A stretch of 38,496 nucleotides of DNA, taken from assembly GCA_964357915.1 (NCBI GenBank), contig CAYHND010000001.1, forward strand, positions 2,167 to 40,662. The letters run 5' to 3'. The notes below the pieces were generated by a model. That model was not told where the DNA came from. It searched no databases and saw only the letters and a program-made list of their open reading frames with translations. A program made the translations under genes and the position numbers. Position 1 is the stretch's first letter. Every line of letters begins with the position of its first letter. Origin of the DNA: an uncultured Bdellovibrionales bacterium. Its GTDB lineage: Bacteria; Patescibacteriota; Minisyncoccia; Moranbacterales; UBA1568. Shown here one piece after another: positions 25,300 through 34,459 of the stretch.

Positions 25300-26513
25300 T
25301 CTTCTTCTATATACCAGAGCGTAAGGAGCACTTGTAGCCAAAAAAGAAAGGCGAGATCATTTCTGAAGTAGGGTGTATCGATAAGCCCATAGCAAAGAAA
25401 TACGAACCAAAGAGCCAAAAGAAGTCCCCCTTCATTTTGGTTTTTTCTTTGTGTACTCTCAAATAATCTAACAACGAGCCTTCCTAGGATCAAAATAAAG
25501 CCAAGTAACCCTAGAAAGCCCGTCTGTAGCCATACGGCCAATAGAAGATTATGTGGCTGTGGAACAGCCCATTCAAGATAGGGGGTAAAGTGTGGCTGAT
25601 AGGCTAGGTACTCTCGCTGGAAGTTTCCCACACCAATTCCCAAAAACCAATGATCTTGTAGTATAGCCCAACTTGACTGCCAAATCATGACCCGCGAATC
25701 AAGTGATGAACGGCTATCCTCAAGAAACAGATCCTGCCACTTGCTACTATCGTGCTCCAGAAAAAGGAGAATGCCCAGTGCTAGTACTACTACTGCAACA
25801 AAGATGCCTAGTTTTTGCCGACTCTCACTCTCTGTTTTTTGTATCCATAAGAGCAAAAGACTTGCCAAAACTGCCAGAATGAGAGCTAGCCAGGTGTTGT
25901 ATGAGTGAGTGAGGTATAGCGGGATTAAGAGAAGGGTAGCTGTAGAGAGGAAAAACGCTCTTTTGCACCAGGTATTTGCTTGAAAAAGAAAGAAGATCGC
26001 TAAGAGAATGCCAGGGGCAACTAATAAGGCCAGAAAGTTGGGTGAATTATAAGGAAAAGCCAGTCGCCCATCGTAGGTGAGTATATGATGACTATATCCA
26101 TACAGAGCGGTGAAAGCTACGATGATGACTCCTACTAACCAAGACCCGTAGATAAGCATCCTCTCTTTATACTCCCCCCTCTGAAGGCTATAGAGTGTAA
26201 GGGCAAACACGAGGGGAAAGAGGAACCATGACTTGAGTTGACCGAGTGATGTGAGAGATACTGATTGACTTTGGTAGAGGATGGACATAATCGCTCCCGC
26301 CACAAACAAGATTCCCCCTAGGGCAATCCAGCGGTCAAAACCCTGCCATCTCACCCGTAAGCTCTCCTTGGTTACCTTCCACACACTCAACCCAAGGAAA
26401 ACTATGAAAAGGGCTTCCAAAAAGTACACTGGAAAACCAAAAACGGTCACTTTTTCAAGTGCTAAGACGAGGGATGCTGGCAAAAGAAAGAGTATGGCCT
26501 GTGAAAACATCAT
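25296..26513 (-). CDS. O-antigen ligase (Wzy_C) family membrane protein
   Basis: Polytopic, with the motif PHNLLLAVWLQTGFLGLLGF (HN-x2-L-x4-Q/E-x-G-x2-G-L). Confidence 0.75.
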   Translation of the reverse strand: MMFSQAILFLLPASLVLALEKVTVFGFPVYFLEALFIVFLGLSVWKVTKESLRVRWQGFDRWIALGGILFVAGAIMSILYQSQSVSLTSLGQLKSWFLFPLVFALTLYSLQRGEYKERMLIYGSWLVGVIIVAFTALYGYSHHILTYDGRLAFPYNSPNFLALLVAPGILLAIFFLFQANTWCKRAFFLSTATLLLIPLYLTHSYNTWLALILAVLASLLLLWIQKTESESRQKLGIFVAVVVLALGILLFLEHDSSKWQDLFLEDSRSSLDSRVMIWQSSWAILQDHWFLGIGVGNFQREYLAYQPHFTPYLEWAVPQPHNLLLAVWLQTGFLGLLGFILILGRLVVRLFESTQRKNQNEGGLLLALWFVFLCYGLIDTPYFRNDLAFLFWLQVLLTLWYIEED

Positions 26514-27766
26514 ACGGTTTTTGTTCTTGGAACAGCTTGGTACGCTACAAGAAGAAAAAGAGCAAACATGACGTGAAAAGAAAAGAGTGGTGCTTCAAAG
26601 AAGCCGTGAAAAAGAAAATAGATGGTACTGATACCACAAGCAAGCATGAGTGGGTCTTGACTATCTCGCCACCTTCTGAAACCTAACCACAAAGCGCTTC
26701 CAATAAAAGAGAGAAACAGGAGTAAGCCAATGAAACCCGTCTCAACTGCGATATCTAAATACAAATTATGAACATAGATAGGTTCTCTCATTGAGGCATC
26801 TGGTTTAACGAGAAGCGGATAGTTACCCACACCTACTCCTAAGAAGGGTCTTGTGAAACTATAGTGGACAGCTTCTTCGAGGAGACGGAGACGTTCGGTA
26901 CGAGAACCGTCTTCTGCTGACACACTTGAAAGTATTCTTGGGCCAACTGGTGTGGCAAAAAATACTCCTCCCAATAACAGCATCCCTACTAAAAAGTACT
27001 TACCGTACTGACGATAATCTTTAGCAAGCAGGATAGAAAGTAGAATTATACTCGTCAACAAAATTGCCGTGTAGGCTCCTCTGGAAAAGGTGAGCAGTAT
27101 TGCTACTCCTACCAGAACAAAGCTAAACTTGGCCACGAAAGTTCTTACTGTGTGCTGCCAGACATAGACTAGAGGAAGAGCAAGACCTAAATACAAACTC
27201 AGTGTGTGGGGATCAGGGAAAAAAGCCGTCACCCGTAAGTAGGTGGTTCCTAAAACATTTACCAAAAGGCTCGGGTATTCTTTGACCACAAGAGCGAAGT
27301 TATTACCCAGAAAAAATGGCAACACCTGGGTATTCCAAAGAGTCAGAATTTCATCAAGTGAAAGAAAAAACTGTAGACCGGCTTCTATACAAGCTACAAG
27401 AGCAATCAGTATCGCGCCATAAACAAAAGCCTGGGCGAGTTTAGCTAGTTTTTCTTGGCTCAGTGTCAGTAAGATTGGAAACAATAGACCTATATTCAGT
27501 AAAAAAACGACCTTACGCATACTCCAGGTAGGATCCAGAGCCCACAGTGGGGAGAGAGCACTCCAGAGAAGCCAAAAAAGAAAGAGTGCTAAAACACCGA
27601 GAGCTCGTATTTCTATCTGTCTTTGAAGTAGTGTTCGTACCAGCCAGCTGACTGATAGAAGTACCACTACTACTCGAGCTATGGGCAAGTCAATACTCGC
27701 AACAGGATTTAAGGCAAAGCTAAAAGGGAGGAGGAGGTAGAAATAATACAGAAGTCCCTCAAGCAT
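26510..27766 (-). CDS. O-antigen ligase (Wzy_C) family membrane protein
   Basis: Polytopic, with LLTFSRGAYTAILL and VHNLYLDIAVETGFIGLLLF. It shares an ATGA overlap with the downstream paralog. Confidence 0.8.
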   Translation of the reverse strand: MLEGLLYYFYLLLPFSFALNPVASIDLPIARVVVVLLSVSWLVRTLLQRQIEIRALGVLALFLFWLLWSALSPLWALDPTWSMRKVVFLLNIGLLFPILLTLSQEKLAKLAQAFVYGAILIALVACIEAGLQFFLSLDEILTLWNTQVLPFFLGNNFALVVKEYPSLLVNVLGTTYLRVTAFFPDPHTLSLYLGLALPLVYVWQHTVRTFVAKFSFVLVGVAILLTFSRGAYTAILLTSIILLSILLAKDYRQYGKYFLVGMLLLGGVFFATPVGPRILSSVSAEDGSRTERLRLLEEAVHYSFTRPFLGVGVGNYPLLVKPDASMREPIYVHNLYLDIAVETGFIGLLLFLSFIGSALWLGFRRWRDSQDPLMLACGISTIYFLFHGFFEAPLFSFHVMFALFLLVAYQAVPRTKTV

Positions 27767-27770
27767 ATTC

Positions 27771-28568
27771 TTAGTAACTATCTAAATTCTCACATCTTTT
27801 GAAAAAGTGAAAGCCTCTTAACAAAATTTGTTCGTACCAGGGTCGCATTTTATGAAAGTAATACTTTTGTGATTCATAGTAAGCCTTTTTTTGTGCTCTC
27901 GGCGACTTCTGACTCTTACCGCGAAAATGTGTGATTTTCAAATCTCCATACACATAGGCGGGGTGGCCTGCTTGTCTGGCTCGTTCACAAAAATCAACAT
28001 CCTCATAGTACAGAAAGTAGTGCTCATCAAAGCCACCAAGTGTATCAAACGTTTCTTTGCGAAAAAATAATGCGCCGCCACTCACCCAATCCACTCGTTT
28101 TTTCTCACTCACTGATGGCGTTACTCTGAAGAGGTGATTCTCAACTAACCTCAAGAAATGCACCCTCTTTCCGAAACCATGCTGTTCTTGCTTGCCATTT
28201 TCATCAAACAACCCCAGACCAATGAGACACTCCTCTTGGCGCAGACGAGTTTCTACTTCTGATAACTGTGTCTGCACCCAGAGAGTATCTGGGTTGAGCA
28301 GACCCACCAAAGGAGTGTTGACTGTCCGTACTCCCTGATTGACCGCCTTCGCAAAACCGACATTACCGGCGCTCTCAATAACCCTTGCTCGATACTGGTT
28401 ACCCAGTGTTGCAATTATTTGTGTTTCTCGTTCGTCATTGTTAACAATAATGAGCTCGTACTGAGAGCGGTCTTCATGAAGGGAGATACTCTCTAGAGCT
28501 TTGGTTAAGTACTGGCTACTATTATAATTGACGAATATGAGAGAAGTGGTGGGCATTTTTGCGATCAT
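27771..28568 (-). CDS. family 2 glycosyltransferase
   Basis: SLIFVNYNS, IIVNND and YYEDVDFCERA (the DxD / ED region of GT2). The start is either 28568 or 28556; the track start at 28628 overlaps the upstream gene heavily. Confidence 0.8.
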   Translation of the reverse strand: MIAKMPTTSLIFVNYNSSQYLTKALESISLHEDRSQYELIIVNNDERETQIIATLGNQYRARVIESAGNVGFAKAVNQGVRTVNTPLVGLLNPDTLWVQTQLSEVETRLRQEECLIGLGLFDENGKQEQHGFGKRVHFLRLVENHLFRVTPSVSEKKRVDWVSGGALFFRKETFDTLGGFDEHYFLYYEDVDFCERARQAGHPAYVYGDLKITHFRGKSQKSPRAQKKAYYESQKYYFHKMRPWYEQILLRGFHFFKRCENLDSY

Positions 28569-29400
28569 AAAAATCTTGATACGCCTCTCTGACTCGGGTA
28601 GCTTGAGGCTGACCCAACAAGATATCAAAGCGGTTTTTTAGTCTTCTTAGTATAACATAAATGGCTTGATAGAAAGAAAAAACCCTATTTTTATGTTTCT
28701 CAAAGAAGATAAGTCCTGAGAGTACCAGATGGTAGGTTTTGGTGGGATTGAACTGACTTTCTTCACTATGGAGTACTCGTGATGCTGGTACCACCATCAG
28801 GGGTATCTGTAAATTCTTAGCCCGCAACGAATAGTCGGCATCTTCGTAGTACAGAAAAAAATCTTCATCAAGCAAACCTACTTTTTGAATCATGGATACT
28901 GGTAAAAAAAGAGCGCAGCCCGTGAGAAAGTTGGTACTAGTAATCTTCGTTGGCACCGAACCTTGGTCATGCTCTACTCGCATTCGAAGAAAGTTAATCC
29001 TCCCACCCGAAAACCAGTTGTTATGATACTGATCCAAAATCAACGGACTTAAGAGTACCCTATCCTCTCTTTGTTCTGCTGCTCTGACTAAAGGTTCGAG
29101 TGCATCGGGTTCGGCTAAAGCATCATAATTGAAAAGCCATACGTAGTCGGCTTGTTTGCTTACAGCATACTCAATACCCCGATTCATACCATAGCCAAAG
29201 CCTCCATTACGAGGCAATGCCAAAAAAGAGTACTCTGGAAACTGAGCCTGAGCCTGAGCAAAAGACTCATCGCTGGACGCATTATCTACAACTAGAATCT
29301 CTTTGTGAGGATAAGAAAGTGCTCGTAAAGAAGTGAGGGTCTTTATGAGGCATTTTTGACCATTGTAGTTCAATACTACGATGACAACTTGACCCGCCAT
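28522..29400 (-). CDS. family 2 glycosyltransferase
   Basis: VVIVVLNYNG, VVDNASSD and FFLYYEDADYSLRA. Confidence 0.85.
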   Translation of the reverse strand: MAGQVVIVVLNYNGQKCLIKTLTSLRALSYPHKEILVVDNASSDESFAQAQAQFPEYSFLALPRNGGFGYGMNRGIEYAVSKQADYVWLFNYDALAEPDALEPLVRAAEQREDRVLLSPLILDQYHNNWFSGGRINFLRMRVEHDQGSVPTKITSTNFLTGCALFLPVSMIQKVGLLDEDFFLYYEDADYSLRAKNLQIPLMVVPASRVLHSEESQFNPTKTYHLVLSGLIFFEKHKNRVFSFYQAIYVILRRLKNRFDILLGQPQATRVREAYQDFYDRKNAHHFSHIRQL

Positions 29401-29404
29401 ACAA

Positions 29405-30859
29405 TTAGGGTATGAATGTTTCTGGAGTAATGGTACGTGCTTCTTTGTTCAGAAGGAGCATCTTTATTTCTGCGTAGGTAACCACTCGAGTAAGCCAGAG
29501 ACCAAAAACATACATGATGCCTCCACTAAGACCCGCTACGATAAATGAGTACTGGTCAAAGTAATACATTGTGCCCGCCATGAGAAGTGTCGCGAAAAGA
29601 ATACGTGGAAGCGGCTTAAATGAAGGCCTAAACTGAATCTCTCGAAAGGCCAGTGCCCCAATGAGGAGGACTACTAGACACTCTGTAATGAGAGATACTC
29701 CTGCTGCTGCTATGTATGAGTACTTGGGAATAAGAGCCAGGTTGAGGCCAATATTCACGACGGCTGCAATGAGCAGGGCTTTCATCAATTTCTTTTGAGC
29801 ATTACCCACCACTAGTAGCATGGTGAAGTAGTGTCCAAAGAAAATAAATCCGAGTGCAAATATCAGAATGCGAAGTACTCGCACAGATTCCTCAAAACCC
29901 GTGCCACTAACAATAGCAATAATTTCTGGCGCCAAAACCCAGACACCGACCACCAACGGGAAAACGATAAGCAAAAACACCTTAAAGGTTTTATCAACGA
30001 TGTCTTCAAAAAGAGCCCTATTGGTGCTCAGTGTTCGTGAAAGAAGTGGCAGAATAAGACCCGCTAACATAGCTGGAAAGAAAATCAGATTCTCCATGAT
30101 TTTGTAGGCCACGTTGTAGATACCTACATCGCTGTTGCTTTGCAGGACAGAAAGGATAATCGTATCTAGCTTGAAGTAGGCAAAGGTGATGAGGGCTGTA
30201 GCTGCCAATGGTGAGGCTTCTCGCAGGAACTCTTTCCAAAAACGAGTGTCGACTTTGAGTGAGAATTTCACAAATGATCGACTCAACCAAAAAACCAGTA
30301 GCGCATTAAACGCTAGGGCAGCAAGAAGGGTACTGGCTACCGCGAGAAAACCCCAGTCATTACGAACAATGAGCGTCACCAGAACTACCTGCAAAAGTTT
30401 GCCGAAGAACTCTACAAAAGCTACTCGATCCATGGCTAGATTCTTCTGAAAGATCCCGTTGAGGAGGAGGGATGAAGAAGAAAAGAGTACCGCAATAGCA
30501 GCTATTACAATTCCTATTTTTAGATCTGACTCATAATTAAAGAAAAAGAGTACTAATGGAGCAAATATCAAAAGTACAGCCGATGAGAGTAAACGTAAGG
30601 CGAGCACTCTTCCCAAGATACGTTTCTCATCAGCACCCTCTTTGGATATTTCTCGTGCTGTCACTGGAGCCAGACCAAGATCAACAATAGCACTAAAGAA
30701 GGCAAAAAAGGCAAGAACAGTAGCATATTTTCCAAAACCTTCAGGGCCAAGATACTCTGTAATCAATCGAATCGAATACAAAGAGAGTACCACTGTTGAA
30801 AAAACCTTGAAGATAGAGTTTAAGACTACGTTATAGGCAATCTTTCTCGCTAATGGCAT
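29405..30859 (-). CDS. Wzx-like oligosaccharide flippase (MOP superfamily polysaccharide biosynthesis protein)
   Basis: 484 aa with about 12-14 TM helices and the typical N-terminus (NSIFKVFSTVVLSLYSIRLITEYLGPEGFGKY). Confidence 0.8.
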   Translation of the reverse strand: MPLARKIAYNVVLNSIFKVFSTVVLSLYSIRLITEYLGPEGFGKYATVLAFFAFFSAIVDLGLAPVTAREISKEGADEKRILGRVLALRLLSSAVLLIFAPLVLFFFNYESDLKIGIVIAAIAVLFSSSSLLLNGIFQKNLAMDRVAFVEFFGKLLQVVLVTLIVRNDWGFLAVASTLLAALAFNALLVFWLSRSFVKFSLKVDTRFWKEFLREASPLAATALITFAYFKLDTIILSVLQSNSDVGIYNVAYKIMENLIFFPAMLAGLILPLLSRTLSTNRALFEDIVDKTFKVFLLIVFPLVVGVWVLAPEIIAIVSGTGFEESVRVLRILIFALGFIFFGHYFTMLLVVGNAQKKLMKALLIAAVVNIGLNLALIPKYSYIAAAGVSLITECLVVLLIGALAFREIQFRPSFKPLPRILFATLLMAGTMYYFDQYSFIVAGLSGGIMYVFGLWLTRVVTYAEIKMLLLNKEARTITPETFIP

Positions 30860-30890
30860 ATGTAAACTTTTAACAATATCCTCCGGTTTA

Positions 30891-31373
30891 CTAAATCTTT
30901 TGAGATTCCTTTTTGTTGGTAGTAAAAATGCGCATCCTTCGTTCTCTTCCTACTCCAAAGCTTTCTGTTTGGACACCCTCCATAGCAACCAGTGCTGCAT
31001 GAATGACCCTACGATCATGTGATTCCATAAACGGCAGAATCTGCTCTTCTCCAGTCGCCAAAACTACCTCCGCTCTTGCCTGAGCTTCATCAGTAAGTTT
31101 TTTTTCTTTTTCTTCCCAATAACCGTTTACGTCAAGATATATTTCCTTCAGAGTTTCTTCCTCAGATAGCTGTTTGCGTAAAAGCAGACGCACTATATGC
31201 TGGAGAGCTTGCAAATGAGCACCCGCCTGACCAATAAGTACACTTTGGTCAGTCTCAAGTCTAATTTGAATCTGGTAGCTCTGCTCAGTTTCTGCTACCT
31301 CTACCGTACCTTGAAAAGAAAGCTTCTCAAGAAGATTTCCTACTAGTTGTTTGATTTGTTCTGTTCTATTCAT
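30891..31373 (-). CDS. jag: Jag/KhpB-type RNA-binding protein (KH plus R3H)
   Basis: R3H motif (ESHDRRVIHAAL) and a conserved position downstream of yidC, with an ATGA overlap. Confidence 0.8.
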   Translation of the reverse strand: MNRTEQIKQLVGNLLEKLSFQGTVEVAETEQSYQIQIRLETDQSVLIGQAGAHLQALQHIVRLLLRKQLSEEETLKEIYLDVNGYWEEKEKKLTDEAQARAEVVLATGEEQILPFMESHDRRVIHAALVAMEGVQTESFGVGRERRMRIFTTNKKESQKI

Positions 31374-32122
31374 AACGCGGTAGTTTCTATCTTTCCATCA
31401 ACTTTTTTAGCAAAAAGAATTTTTTGTTGGATAAGCATAAAAAGAGTGGAGGTAAACCAATACAGAGAAAGAGCTGCTGGAAAAGTAAGTCCAATGAACA
31501 GGGTGATGGCTGGCCCCATGTAGAGCATCTGCTTGTTCATTATAGCGCTAAAGTCTGGTTCTTCACTCACACCCTCCTTTACCTCTTTGGTTGGTGTGTT
31601 GGCAAGCAGCATTTTTGTTTGGAAGTACTGAGCCGTGGCTGAAAGAATAGCAAAAACGATACTCGGCTTGGCGAGATCTACTATGTGTAAGAAGTAGTGA
31701 TTGATAATTCCCGGATTTGAAACAAAACTGTACAAATCAGTGACTTCTACTGAGAAATTGGCACCAGAAATATTGATAATGACTCGATAAATAGCGATAA
31801 GGACAATTATTTGAACAATCAGTGGCAGGCAGCCGGAAAACGGATTAGCCTTCTCTGTACGATAGAGCTCCAGAAGAGCCTTTGTTTGTTCTTCTTTCTT
31901 ATCCTTAAATTTCTTTTGTAGAGCCTTTATTTTCGGCTGTATCTCCTGCATTTTCTTCTGAGACTGGATCTGTTTGCGTGAAAGCGGAAACATGATGAAC
32001 TTGAGAAGAATGGTGACCAAAATAATGGCAATACCAAAATCTTGACCTGGCAAGGTATCATAAAAAAAGATGAGGGTATTGTAGATTGGACGATAGATGA
32101 TTTCGTGGAAAAGAGCCAGCAT
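31370..32122 (-). CDS. yidC: membrane protein insertase YidC (short form)
   Basis: FPLSRKQIQSQKKMQEIQPKIKALQKKFKDKKE...NPFSGCLPLIVQ are canonical YidC/Oxa1 motifs. Confidence 0.9.
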   Translation of the reverse strand: MLALFHEIIYRPIYNTLIFFYDTLPGQDFGIAIILVTILLKFIMFPLSRKQIQSQKKMQEIQPKIKALQKKFKDKKEEQTKALLELYRTEKANPFSGCLPLIVQIIVLIAIYRVIINISGANFSVEVTDLYSFVSNPGIINHYFLHIVDLAKPSIVFAILSATAQYFQTKMLLANTPTKEVKEGVSEEPDFSAIMNKQMLYMGPAITLFIGLTFPAALSLYWFTSTLFMLIQQKILFAKKVDGKIETTAL

Positions 32123-32128
32123 AGTATT

Positions 32129-32455
32129 TTAGGTGTTTTGTGGAGGTATTTTGTTAAATAAAGCCTCTATATCAGGCATTTCTAGCTTTCCAACTGGGTG
32201 GGTGGTAAAAAAGACTATATCCAGTCCTTTGAAATTATAGCGCTGATTGTAGAGTCCGACCATTCTGCGTCGTAGACGGTTACGCATAACGGCTGTTTTG
32301 GCGTGTTTCTTACTAAAAGAGAAGCCGAGTCGATCATTACCAAGCTCATTAGCTATCCACTTACAACCGTAGGGCTTAAAAAAAAGAGGCTTTCCGAAGC
32401 GAAAAACCTTTGCAAAATCCTCTTTTTTCTTTAACCTAAAGGCTTTTTTTAGCAT
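32129..32455 (-). CDS. rnpA: ribonuclease P protein component
   Basis: 108 aa, basic, with an RNR-like motif (AVMRNRLRRR). It lies between rpmH and yidC. Confidence 0.85.
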   Translation of the reverse strand: MLKKAFRLKKKEDFAKVFRFGKPLFFKPYGCKWIANELGNDRLGFSFSKKHAKTAVMRNRLRRRMVGLYNQRYNFKGLDIVFFTTHPVGKLEMPDIEALFNKIPPQNT

Positions 32456-32460
32456 ATTTG

Positions 32461-32598
32461 CTAGACGGCAGTGAGCTTAGTTCGTCCCTTTCGGCGTCTT
32501 GAAAGAAGCACATTTCTCCCTCCGGGAGTACTGGCTCGTTTCAAAAAGCCATGTCTTCGGGCTCTTTTTCTACTTTTAGGCTGATAAGTTCTTTTCAT
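32461..32598 (-). CDS. rpmH: 50S ribosomal protein L34
   Basis: [45 protein letters not shown]. The start was trimmed to the conserved MKRTYQP, so the track ORF extends too far upstream. Confidence 0.9.
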   Translation of the reverse strand: MKRTYQPKSRKRARRHGFLKRASTPGGRNVLLSRRRKGRTKLTAV

Positions 32599-32689
32599 AC
32601 AGTAAAATATTCCGTCTTCTAAATTGCAAAACGTCTCTCGATTGTACAAAAAAATAGAGAATTAGTCAACAGGGCGCTATTTTTTCTAT

Positions 32690-32775
32690 TTATCCACCGA
32701 CTATACACAAAAAAGCTCATTTTAAGCCTCGTACTAAAGTTATCCACATGGTATAATTTGATTCACTTATTCACC
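32690..32775 (+). promoter_or_regulatory. cluster of four co-oriented DnaA boxes in the rpmH-dnaA intergenic region
   Basis: TTATCCACC (32690-32698), cTATaCACA (32701-32709), perfect TTATCCACA (32740-32748) and TTATtCACc (32767-32775). Confidence 0.65.
32749..32757 (+). promoter_or_regulatory. extended -10 dnaA promoter (TGgTATAAT) abutting the perfect DnaA box
   Basis: tggtataat lies directly after TTATCCACA, about 40 nt upstream of the dnaA ATG. Confidence 0.5.
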
Positions 32776-32797
32776 GCCTATTTAATAGACTCCTTGT

Positions 32798-34207
32798 ATG
32801 ACTAATGAAGAGCTGTGGAAAGCTGTTTTAGGCCAGATAGAGCTTTCACTTTCGAAGGCTAATTTCATTACCTGGTTCAAAAATACCTCTCTCCTGGAAA
32901 TTAATCAGGGGAAAGTTGTTATCGGTGTACCAAACGGCTTTGCTAAAGAATGGCTAGAAAACAAGTATAATAGTCATATTTTGAAGGCTTTGCGTTCTCT
33001 TGATCCTTCTATACAGCATATGCGTTGTATGATTGCTCTTCCGGATGTGAACAACAAAAGTCTTCCTCGCTCTATCGATGCAGCTATCCCCAGAGAAACG
33101 AATTCCTTTGTTCGTAAAAAGATTATTGAAAAGCCATCTTTCACAGCTAATAACATTTCTCTACAACAGGAAGTATTCCACGCGAGTAGTCTTAATTCTC
33201 GTTACACCTTTGAAAACTATATCGTAGCTGAAAACAACGAACTGGCTCATGCCGCGTGTCACGCTGTTTCTCAAAGTCTTGGAACACTCTACAACCCTCT
33301 CTTTATTTACGGCGGAGTTGGCCTTGGGAAAACACATCTTCTTCAGTCTATTGGTAATGAGGTTATGAAGAATCACCCAGAAAAACGCATTAAGTACATT
33401 ACTTCAGAGCGCTTTACTACCGAGCTTGTCGATTCTATCAAGAACCAGAAGATAGACCTCTTTAAGGAGTACTATCAACAAATGGATCTCCTTATTATTG
33501 ACGATGTCCAGTTTCTGTCAGGAAGGGAAAAGACTCAACATGAATTCTTCCATATTTTTAATGCTCTCTATCAAATCAACAAGCAGATTGTCATCTCAAG
33601 TGACCGGCCACCCAAAGCTATTGGCACACTTGAGGAGCGACTCCGTTCACGTTTTGAGGGTGGTATGATCACTGATATTAGTCAACCAAGCTTAGAGACC
33701 CGCATTGCTATATTAAGCTCCAAAGTATCTGAACGAGGTGTTTTTGTAGAGGAAGAGGCTCTTCGCTATATTGCTCAAAACATCAACCAGAATGTCCGCG
33801 AGCTTGAGGGTGCTCTTAACCGAGTTATTGCTTATTGTGATTTTCGTAAAATACCAGCCAATTTAAGTAATACTGAAAAGATTCTCAATGAGCTTCTTGA
33901 AAAAAATCGTAAAAATATCTCTGTAGAGAGTGTTTTTACAGCTATTTGTGACTACTACTCCGTTTCTCGTGAGGAACTTATCAAAAAGGGTCGCAAAAAG
34001 GAGATCTCACATCCTCGCCAAATCCTTATGTATCTTCTCCGCCAAGAACTCTCTACCCCTTTTTCTTCTATTGGAGATCTTTTGGGTGGAAGAGACCACA
34101 CTACTATTCTTCATGCGTATGAAAAGATCCAAAATCAAAAAGAGTCCTCTCGAAAAATAAAAGAGGAACTTTCTCAAATAAAAGAGCGCCTTTACTACGT
34201 TACCTAG
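32798..34207 (+). CDS. dnaA: chromosomal replication initiator protein DnaA
   Basis: Walker A GGVGLGKTHLL, LIIDDVQFL, an RFEGG sensor region and the C-terminal DNA-binding helix (GGRDHTTILHAYEKI). Confidence 0.95.
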   Translation: MTNEELWKAVLGQIELSLSKANFITWFKNTSLLEINQGKVVIGVPNGFAKEWLENKYNSHILKALRSLDPSIQHMRCMIALPDVNNKSLPRSIDAAIPRETNSFVRKKIIEKPSFTANNISLQQEVFHASSLNSRYTFENYIVAENNELAHAACHAVSQSLGTLYNPLFIYGGVGLGKTHLLQSIGNEVMKNHPEKRIKYITSERFTTELVDSIKNQKIDLFKEYYQQMDLLIIDDVQFLSGREKTQHEFFHIFNALYQINKQIVISSDRPPKAIGTLEERLRSRFEGGMITDISQPSLETRIAILSSKVSERGVFVEEEALRYIAQNINQNVRELEGALNRVIAYCDFRKIPANLSNTEKILNELLEKNRKNISVESVFTAICDYYSVSREELIKKGRKKEISHPRQILMYLLRQELSTPFSSIGDLLGGRDHTTILHAYEKIQNQKESSRKIKEELSQIKERLYYVT

Positions 34208-34459
34208 TGTATATGTTTGTATAAGCTGGTTTTAGACCTGTATACCTCGTGGTAAAAATGTAGATAAAAAACTAAAAACAATACCCTTCATCATCCCCAT
34301 CCTTCTAAATACCTAAATAATAAAAAGTATCCCTATTTAAATAACTCTTCTGATAAACTTTTTAGCCCACTAACTAAACCTTTATAGAAGTTATCCAGTT
34401 ATACAGACTACTAATAAATAATAACTATTTTTCTAAATAATTTAATTAATACTTCTTAT
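34208..34459. other. candidate oriC segment (dnaA-dnaN intergenic) with tandem DnaA-box-like sites and an AT-rich unwinding stretch
   Basis: TTATCCAgt (34391-34399) abuts TTATaCAgA (34400-34408). It is followed by ctactaataaataataactatttttctaaataatttaattaat, which is almost pure A/T. Confidence 0.5.

Noticed and set aside
31370-31373. Alternative genetic code (UGA reassigned, as in some candidate phyla)
   Set aside because: TGA is used as the stop in three ATGA gene overlaps (31370-31373, 15435-15438, 26510-26513). All long ORFs read through cleanly with the standard code.
32599-32649. Seventeen extra N-terminal residues on the L34 ORF
   Set aside because: L34 universally starts MKRTYQP, and the upstream residues have no counterpart.
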